This document shows, piece by piece, positions 55,001 to 64,000 of a DNA stretch of 64,000 nt (position 1 is its first letter; every line of letters starts with the position of its first letter). The notes beneath the pieces are model-generated. The model made no database searches. It was given only the letters and a program-made list of their open reading frames with translations, and had not been told where the DNA came from. The stretch lies in assembly GCF_964204645.1 (NCBI RefSeq), contig NC_134032.1, positions 4,612,175-4,676,174 of the forward strand, read 5' to 3'. The position numbers were made by a program, and so were the translations under genes. Origin of the DNA: Tubulanus polymorphus. Lineage: Eukaryota > Animalia > Nemertea.

Positions 55001-56630
55001 TCCATACATAATCACCGGGGTTGTACGATCTAAGATTGCTTTTCTTGTCATATTTTTCTTTCATTCTCCTTTGTGACCTTTCAAGGTTGTCTAATGCTAT
55101 TCTTTGGGCTGTATGAATACTTTCAACAATATGCTCTAAATATTCGCGGTCGGAACTGACTAATTTGGATTGTACTCCTAAAGCAACATCAGCTGGCAAA
55201 ACCGGTTCTCTCCCATGCATCAAAAAGTATGGTGAAAATAACGTGGATTCATTTCAAGGGCTACATCGATATGCAAAGAGACAACCTGGTATAAATTTGT
55301 CCCAATCCTTTTGTTTCGTTCCTACATACATAGATAAAGAATTACACAATGTTTTATTAAATCTTTCTACTAATCCGTCACACATGGGATGATAGGGTGT
55401 AGTTCTAACTTTCTGTGTATTAAATAGAGCACAAACTCCCTTTATCAAATTAGACTGAAAGTTCTGACCCTGATCAGTGAGCAACGTTTTAAAACAACCA
55501 TACCAACTATTTCATTATATAGTATCCTAGCAACGGTTACTGCCTCCATATTCTCTAACGCAAAAGCTTCCGGGTATTTCGTCAAATAATCAGTACATAC
55601 CAGGATATAACTCTTCCCAGATGATGTTTTCCTTAGTGGACCAAAGAAATCTAAAGCTATTCTTTCGAATGGACCTTCTACTTTTATAGGATTTAATGGT
55701 GCTTTAGTCGGATGCGGTAATGGTTTGCGAGTTGCAAAGTCTTCACAACTTTTAATCCAATGGGTGGTATCTGCATACATACCCTTCCAGAAATATCGTT
55801 GTTTCATTTTCAAATATGTTTTTGCCTGACCGAAATGTCCTGCTGACAAATCATTATGCATCCAATATAAGACTTCTGATCTTAAAGATTTAGGGATTAC
55901 TGTCCGTTCATAAGCAATTCCTTTGTCTACTTTGAAGTGTTTTAATATATCATCTTTTATGAAATAATCTTCACTTTCAACAATTAATCGTCTTGCTTCA
56001 ACTTCGTTATCAGGTAAAATACCATCAGTTAAATAATTCATCATCTTACTTAATTCCTTATCTTCCTTTTGCTTTCTTGAAAAAACTTTCTCCTCAAGGA
56101 GCTCAGTTGTATTAATATTCAGTAGTTGCGGATTCGCGTTTAGAAAACCAGTATTTCTATATTCTTCAGTTTCATAACTGTCATCATCATTACTTTTCAT
56201 CACCTTAAGAATATCACGACTATCTTCTGGTCGCGTTTCACTAATAATTACCTCTGAGGGTTTAATATTAACCTCCATGTGCTTACTATCAGCCTCTATG
56301 TGATTATCTAATATTCCCTCTCCGGGATATATTGTCACCTCAACAGGGTTTTCTTTAAATACAGCCTCTTTGGGTGAAATAACTACCTCTATGGGTTTTT
56401 CATTTAACACAGCCTCGTCAGGTGAAATAACTACCTCTATGGGTTTATCATTAAACAAAGCCTCTTTGGGCAAAAAATTGACCTAAGCGGGTCTTATTAA
56501 ACTGGAGGGTACCTCTCCATTTTCTGGCTTAGTCAGCCGGCACATCCTCCGGTCCTTCCTGGCCATGGAAGGATCATGGGACTTAATTATTGCTGCTAAG
56601 CTTGACAAGGATTCCTTGTCCGAAAGTTTA
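55001..56630 (-). pseudogene. Partial second copy of the Gypsy integrase region
   Basis: Near-identical to ~60095-61730 (HHCC, DFFGP, DQGQNF, ERFN), with frameshifts. Confidence 0.9.
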
Positions 56631-57013
56631 AATAAAGCCAATTAAAAGTATATACCATCTATATATTCTGGGAATTAAGTCCCTCTTTCTCCGTAAGAAT
56701 AAAATATCTAACACTAGAGACTAACATAAGTTTATCCATTCTACTCTACTATAGTGACTACTACGGATTGAACACACGACGCAATGAAATTAGTCGCTAG
56801 AATTTGTTTATGGAACTAACTGAGGGTATTGTTCGTTAAACATTTGTGGAAAATTCGAAAGCATGGGGGCACTGCTAGAGGTACTTTGGGACTGTGGGAG
56901 ACCCCCCTGTGCAACTTTCTTATTACCCTTATGTAAACTACATTCTTCTCTTTCGTGTTTGTTTGCGTTTTTTTCCGAAAGTTTTCTAAAAGGTGTTTGT
57001 CGAAGGTATTACA

Positions 57014-59576
57014 CGGTGTTGTCATATCGCGGAAAGACGGAATCGCGGAATTTTCCAAAAACGCGGAATTTCTTCATTTTTACTATAAATAGTAAACGGG
57101 TTTTCCCACGGGGATACCCACTGTCGGACAGGGCACCGGACGCAGGTTTTCAACACCGGGAATTAGTATTTGATAATTTATTATATCGCCAGTCAACAAC
57201 TTAACGATACTGTTCCAAATAATGGTAAGCGATTTTTTCTACCGGCCACAGTTAGGTTTCGCACTGCGCATGTTCTGACTATACCGGAAGTAAAACAAAC
57301 CGTGACGTACGCGGAAGTAAAGCACATGGCTAGTCAAAAGTCAATTACAGTGTCAATATATGTTACTCTGCGATGATAAAATCGAAATTTTCAAGTAAAA
57401 ATCTAAAAAGATTTCCGATCCGTTTCCTTCTATGACAGCTTGTAAATATTGAGACAAAAAATAAAATGGATTCTACATATAGAATGAATTTAATGTGTTT
57501 ATTTCTTATGAATTTAAAGTGTTAATTTCTTTACTTAGTAAAGTACTGCTTGCAGAAAATACATTTCCAATCAAAATTTCAAATTATCTTTCGGTTGAAA
57601 GTATGAGGTAGACACACCACATGGTACCATCGATAGCAATAGTTGCATCCTACCTAGAAAAGAAATAACAAAACTGTATATTGATTAATATTCATTTATA
57701 TATGGGTGCTTCTGTCTTAACAATCAAAGCACAAAACATGACTTTGACCCTCCCTGCAATTACCAGCCATAATTCCCTTGGTACATTGTATATTCTTTTC
57801 GTCTTTTTAATTTATCTCACCTAAATCTATTCAAGTTATACTTACCCAATCAGAAGACTTGCCATTTTCATTTCCACAGACATGGCATCTAGGATAAAAG
57901 GAGAAAGATAGCCAATCAGTTTGTGTAAGCCTACAGTATAAGTACACTATTGGGACAAATGGAAAACATGGCATAATAACAAAATTGGTTTTATAAAGAA
58001 TGGAACTTTCACCAAATTTGAGTTAGATTGGGCAAATTTGTTCTCTGAAATGGCATTTAGCGAGCACTGGCATTAAAAAGGAACGCATTATAATGAACTT
58101 TGAATTTAATAGCTATAAGGTAGAGGGCCTACCTGATTCATTAACTAGTGCAGCGGCTTATGTCCAACGATATGAATTTGCATTTACTGTTGAAATGTGT
58201 ATGATTTTATTGTATTTCTATTAGTATATGGCTTAGCCATTGGCAAAAAATCATGACTTACTTTTTCGTTGTAGTCCGTTGTACTTGTACTGTAGTTAGG
58301 CCTATAAAACAGTTAAAAACCACGGTCCACGATACACGTACCTGTTCGACCAAAATTTGCTGTCTGTCTGACTTTGCAAAACTTTGTTAAGCTTTGTACC
58401 TCATATTCGCGGATAACATCAAGTACTCTTTCGAGAGATTTATAGTATCCGAAACGTTCGACATACGACATCGTTACAACCAAAACCAAATTATACCGCG
58501 AACTCAATTCAATTCAACTGAACTTTACTTCCGCGTACGTCACGGTTTGTTTACTTCCGGTATATTCAGAACATGCGCAATGCGAAACCTAACTGTGGCC
58601 GGTAGAAAAAATCGCTTACCCCAAATAATGGAGAACCTAGGCAATACGTGCTTTGCGAATTCAGTGGTACAGAGTATCGCTGCATTGACTGAAGGAATAC
58701 AAATCGATGGTACGAAAACGTAGGATTTGTGATGACACCATGGGTCGGTGGTCATTCTCCAGGACTCAGTTCCGAGTTAAGATTTGACTCTGGTCTCTGG
58801 ATTTAAAACATTGGAAATGAATTGATTCTAAGTAACTCAGAGTTAACTCACAACTGTGGAACTGGATCGATGTCAGACGAAAATAAATAGACATTATGTA
58901 TATTTCATTCTGGCTTAGGATTGTTCATGCGTGTTGTGTGTCTACATTGTTGTTATAATGCGAATGTGGTTTATCTTTTAGAATTAAATGATATGAAAGA
59001 AAATAAAATGGTTTCGTTAATTTTTTTAATGTTTACTTTGTGACTGCTATAACATATATGTTCCTATGCTGATTATTTGGATAAAAAGAATCTTATTGGT
59101 ACCGGTACTAGACGGCCGTAAAATTATAATAATTTCAAAGGAATTTGAACCGGTACTTGTTTGGTCATGTTTCATGTTTGCAACCATCTACAACTACGGT
59201 CCGACACCGCGAACGTGCTCAATATTTATCTGATAATATTCGTTTCTGAAGTTCTCAAAAAGTCGATGAACTTTGATAACCGAAGTTTGCCTAGTATAAA
59301 ATAGACATTAGGCGCCTGGTCTCTCTCACCACACTTGATTCTGACTTCTTCTACAGGTGGCAGCCAGTCAACGGTATCGTAATATAATAATTCCATATAA
59401 AATTGCCTGCAAATAATGGGATTCGAACCTAACTCGTTGTATCGATCGGTCCGGTGCCCTGTCCGACAGTGGGTATCCCCGTGGGAAAACCCGTTTACTA
59501 TTTAAAGTAAAAATGAAGAAATTCCGCGTTTTTGGAAAATTCCGCGATTCCGTCTTTCCGCGATATGACAACACCG
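57014..59576. mobile_element. Non-autonomous TIR element with a 9-bp TSD, inserted in the Gypsy chromodomain
   Basis: ~127-bp TIRs starting CGGTGTTGTCATATCGCGG; TSD GGTATTACA at 57005-57013 and 59577-59585. The reading frame WEPECNT|FDKHLL resumes across it. Confidence 0.9.
57224..58620. mobile_element. Nested Mutator-like TIR element with a 9-bp TSD
   Basis: ~98-bp TIRs starting GGTAAGCGATTTTTTCTACCGG; TSD CCAAATAAT at 57215-57223 and 58621-58629. Confidence 0.9.
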
Positions 59577-62500
59577 GGTATTACATTCAGGTTCCCAAGT
59601 GTTTTCAGAGTCCGGATACCCTTTCCATTTTATGGGATATTCCATCTCTTTAGTTGACTTATTCAATCTGGAACGGACAATTCTTTCTACTTGATAAATC
59701 GGATCTTCATCTTCACTATCACTACTACTCAATTCGTTATTTATTGAATTTTTCACATCAGATTCTAATTCTTGATTTAATTCTTCATTGTCTTGTTCTA
59801 ATTCTAAATTTTCATTAACACGTTCTAATTCTAAATTCTCATTAGCTCTTTCAACTTATAAATTTTCGGATTCCACATCTTTGTCATCGACATAATCAAT
59901 ATCGATAAGTATATCATCGGGATGCGTATACGGCTTCATTCGATTAACATTGACTACTTGTTCTGTTGGTTTATTTTCCCTTACATTGTAAACCTTATAA
60001 GTCACATCTGACATCTTCGAAAGGATCACAAAAGGACCATGAAATTTATGCGCAAACTTTCGCATGACATCTTTCTTTAAATGTGGTGAAAAGATCCATA
60101 CATAATCACCGGGGTTGTACGATCTAGGATTGCTTTTCTTGTCATATTTTTCTTTCATTCTCCTTTGTGACCTTTCAAGGTTGTCTAATGCTATTCTTAA
60201 GGCTGTATGAATACTTTCAACAATATGCTCTAAATATTCGCGGTCGGAACTGACTAATTTGGATTGTACTTCTAAAGCAACATCAGCTGGCAAAACTGGT
60301 TCTCTCCCATGCATAAAAAAATATGGTGAAAATAATGTGGATTAATTTCAAGGGCTACATCGATATGCAAAGAGACAACCTGGTATAAATTTGTCCCAAT
60401 CCTTTTGTTTCGTTCCTACATACATAGATAAAGAATTACACAATGTTTCATTAAATCTTTCTACTAATCCGTCACACATGGGATGATAGGGTGTAGTTCT
60501 AACTTTCTGTGTATTAAATAGAGCACAAACTTCCTTTATCAAATTAGACTGAAAGTTCTGACCCTGATCAGTGAGCAACGTTTTAAAACAACCATACCGA
60601 CAAACTATTTCATTATATAGTATCCTAGCAACGGTTACTGCCTCCATATTCTCTAACGCAAAAGCTTCCGGGTATTTCGTCAAATAATCAGTACATACCA
60701 GGATATAACTTTTCCCAGATGATGTTTTCCTTAGTGGACCAAAGAAATCTAAAGCTATTCTTTCGAATGGACCTTCTACTTTTATAGGATTTAATGGTGC
60801 TTTAGTCGGATGCGGTAATGGTTTGCGAGTTGCACAGTCTCCACAACTTTTAATCCAATGGGTGGTATCTGCATACATACCCTTCCAGAAATATCGTTGT
60901 TTCATTTTCAAATATGTTTTTGCCTGACCGAAATGTCCTGCTGACAAATCATTATGCATCCAATATAAAACTTCTGGTCTTAAAGATTTAGGGATTACTG
61001 TCCGTTCCTAAGCAATTCCTTTGTCTACTTTGAAGTGTTTTTTAATATATCATCTTTTATGAAATAATCTTCACTTTCAACAATTAATCGTCTTGCTTCA
61101 ACTTCGTTATCAGGTAAAATACCATCAGTTAAATAATTCATCATCTTACTTAATTCCTTATCTTCCTTTTGCTTTCTTGAAATTACTTTCTCCTCAAGGA
61201 GCTCAGTTGTATTAATATTCAGTAGTTGCGGATTCGCGTTTAGAAAACCAGTATTTCTATATTCTTCAGTTTCATAACTGTCATCATCATTACTTTTCAT
61301 CACCTTAAGAATATCACGACTATCTTCTGGTCGCGTTTCACTAATAATTACCTCTGAGGGTTTAATATTAACCGCCATGTGCTTACTATCAGCCTCCATG
61401 TGATTATCTAATATTCCCTCTCCGGGATATATTGTCACCTCAACAGGGTTTTCTTTAAATACAGCCTCTTTGGGTGAGATAACTACCTCTATGGGTTTTT
61501 CATTTAACACAGCCTCGTCAGGCGAAATAACTACCTCTATGGGTTTATCATTAAACAAAGCCTCTTTGGGCAAAAAATTGACCTCAGTGGGTCTTATTAA
61601 ACTGGAGGGTACCTCTCCATTTCCTGGCTTAGTCAGCCGAAACATCCTCCGGTCCTTCCTGGCCATGGAAGGATCATGGGACTTAATTATTGCTGCTAAG
61701 CTTGACAAGGATTCCTTGTCCGAAAGTTTAGTTTTCTGGTTTACTACTGTTTCATCTCTCCTTTTCTCACTTTTCTTAACTTTATCGAATCGAGTTAATC
61801 CATCGGCATTTTGATGGATCGCCCCTTTTCTATGAGTGATCGTAAAATCATATTGTTGTAATTGTAAAGACCACCTAGCCAATTTTCCACTGGGCTCTTT
61901 CATATTCATCAAGCATTTTAACGCGTGGTGATCGGTGACTACTTCAAATTTATTGCCATAAATGTATGGTTCATACCTCTTAACTGCCTCAACTACCGCT
62001 AGGCATTCTCTCTCAGTCGTTGATAGGTTACGTTCTGCGGCCGAGAGAGTTCGCGTGCCTTAGCAAATCACTCTCTCAGATCCATCATGAATCTGTGCCA
62101 GAACAGAACCTATAGCTTCTGAGATAAATGGCATTTCAAAGTTTGGATACGCAAAAATTGGACCGGTTGTTAACTTATTCTTCATTGTGTCAAAAGCTAA
62201 TTGACAAGATTCAGACAAAATAGATGGAACGCTTTTCTTAGTTAGGTCTATCAATGGCTGAGCTATGTGTGCAAAGTCTTCTATAAATTTCCGATAGAAG
62301 AACACAGACCTAGAAATCCTCTTAGTTTCTTAATGGTTAATGGTTGGGGATATTCTTGAACAGCGACTATTTGATCCATATCAACCGAAATTCCTTCCGC
62401 CGAAATAATATGTCCTAAATATTTTACAGACTTCAAACCAAATTTGCATTTTGAGGATTTCAATCTTAGTCCTGCCTGTCGCAATCTATCAAATACACAT

Positions 62501-64000
62501 CTTAAATTATCTAGATGTTGTTGCCATGTACTACCAAAGCATATGATATCATCCATATAAACCATACAGATGTCATTAGTCAAGCCATGTAAGACCTTAT
62601 CCATCAGTCTGGAAAAGATTCCTGGACTGTTGGCCATGCCTTGAGGCATTACCTTCCATCTATAAAGTCCTCTTTGAGTACAAAATGAAGTAATATCTCT
62701 ACTCCCTTCTTCTAATTCAGTTTGAAAGAATCCTGATAATAAATCAAGAGTAGTGAAAATGATTGGTTTGCTTTGACCCAATGAAGATAAAATTCTTTCG
62801 ATTCTAGGCAGAGGATATGCATCCTTCCTAATTACGGCGTTTACTTTTCTATAGTCTACACAAAATCTATAAGAACCATCTGGTTTCTTAAAAGGAACCA
62901 CTGGAGATGCCCACGCGGCATCTGATGGTTCAACTAAATCCATATCAACCATTTTTGATACTTGTCTATCTATTTCTCTTTCAAGAATCGGTGCAGGTCG
63001 ATAAGGGCACGACCTAATTGGGGGATGTCCTTCAACATCAATTGAGGCTCTTATTAAATTAGTTCTACCAATCTCTTCCGGGGAATTTGCAAAGCAATCC
63101 CTATATTCCTTTAATAAATTCGTTAATTCATTTTTCTGTTCATTAGTTAAATCAGACTCACTTAAATCAACATTTGGAGCTCCCAATAATTCATCATTTT
63201 CTATGAATGGGCTTGCAGTTTGATTAAATGGTGACCTTATTCCACTTATTTCTGGTTTATCTTCCGTGTTGGAAGATTCCAATAGAAAATATTTCCTTAC
63301 CCGTATTACTTTACTGTGGTAGGAAATAACCTAATGTGGTCCCTTTACGTATAATTACATCCTCGTCATTAAGATTCATTAATCGAACCGGTATATAAAG
63401 TTCATTAACAGTTCCTAATGTTTGACCACATAATATTTTATATTTAGCTGGTAATTTATAATCAGAATTTACTATCCCTTGAGTGCCATTCGATATAGGT
63501 GCTTGAACACTTCTCATAATAGAAATTTCAGAATTTGCTGGTATTTTCTCACTTTGTCTTGCTGCAATTTTACTACTTCCGTCTAAACTAACTTGACCAA
63601 CAAGTGGTGCTACCACTCCTATTTTTGTTTAAGTCAATAATCTATTCTCAAAATCAATAAATGCTTTATATTTTTCTAGATAATCGCTTCCCAAAAAAAC
63701 ATCATGAATAAGATTATCAACTATGTAAAAATCATGAGTGGTTGTATCGTCATATATATCGAAATTAATCGAGGTCAATCCTAATAATTTGAAATTACTT
63801 CCCTGTACTGAAATTGCTTCTTCAAAACTTCCCTTTTAAAATGCGGGCTTTTCACTTAAACTATTGTATACTTTCAAGCTCAAAACCGAAATTCCAGCAC
63901 CCGTATCAATAAGGCATTCAACTGATTGGCCATTAATTTTAGCGTTTATTGTCATCGCTAACGATGTCATAAATGGACATGGGGGTAATTTAGTTGCATT

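Larger units (their letters stand above)
56631..64000 (-). mobile_element. Gypsy/Ty3 LTR retrotransposon pol (protease-RT-RNase H-integrase-chromodomain), decayed; continues right of the window
   Basis: LIDTGA (~63900), RFCVDYR, LDLLSGF, YMDD, TDHHAL, LARWSL, HHCC, DDE, HGPF and chromodomain YQVERI..KWKGYPDSENTWEPE. Confidence 0.93.

Overview
The window has two compartments. Bases 1 to ~26,000 are a gene-dense, intron-free, relatively GC-rich segment of a highly divergent nucleocytoplasmic large DNA virus with an asfarvirus-like (African swine fever virus, ASFV-type) gene set. It encodes a VETF large subunit head-to-head with a family-B DNA polymerase, poly(A) polymerase, an AEP primase/UL9-type helicase fusion, an RPB9-like subunit, a degenerate thymidine kinase, an A32 packaging ATPase and RPB2. 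It also has membrane proteins, a tandem family of small helical proteins and poly-T terminators. Three of the largest core genes are each split by one -1 frame break. At ~26,000 the viral sequence abuts AT-rich, transposon-saturated DNA that looks like an invertebrate genome. That part holds a tandem-repeat MITE; a 14.1-kb IS3EU-type DNA transposon with a spliced DDE transposase and a SAM-HECT E3 ligase gene, interrupted by an intact Penelope element with hammerhead ribozymes; an FkbM pseudogene; a Polinton-type polymerase relic; a DIRS element; three 9-bp-TSD TIR elements; and a chromodomain Gypsy element. The main candidate discovery is a large endogenous asfarvirus-like element in an animal genome, although a chimeric assembly cannot be excluded from sequence alone. 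All family assignments are by motif recognition; no database search was run.
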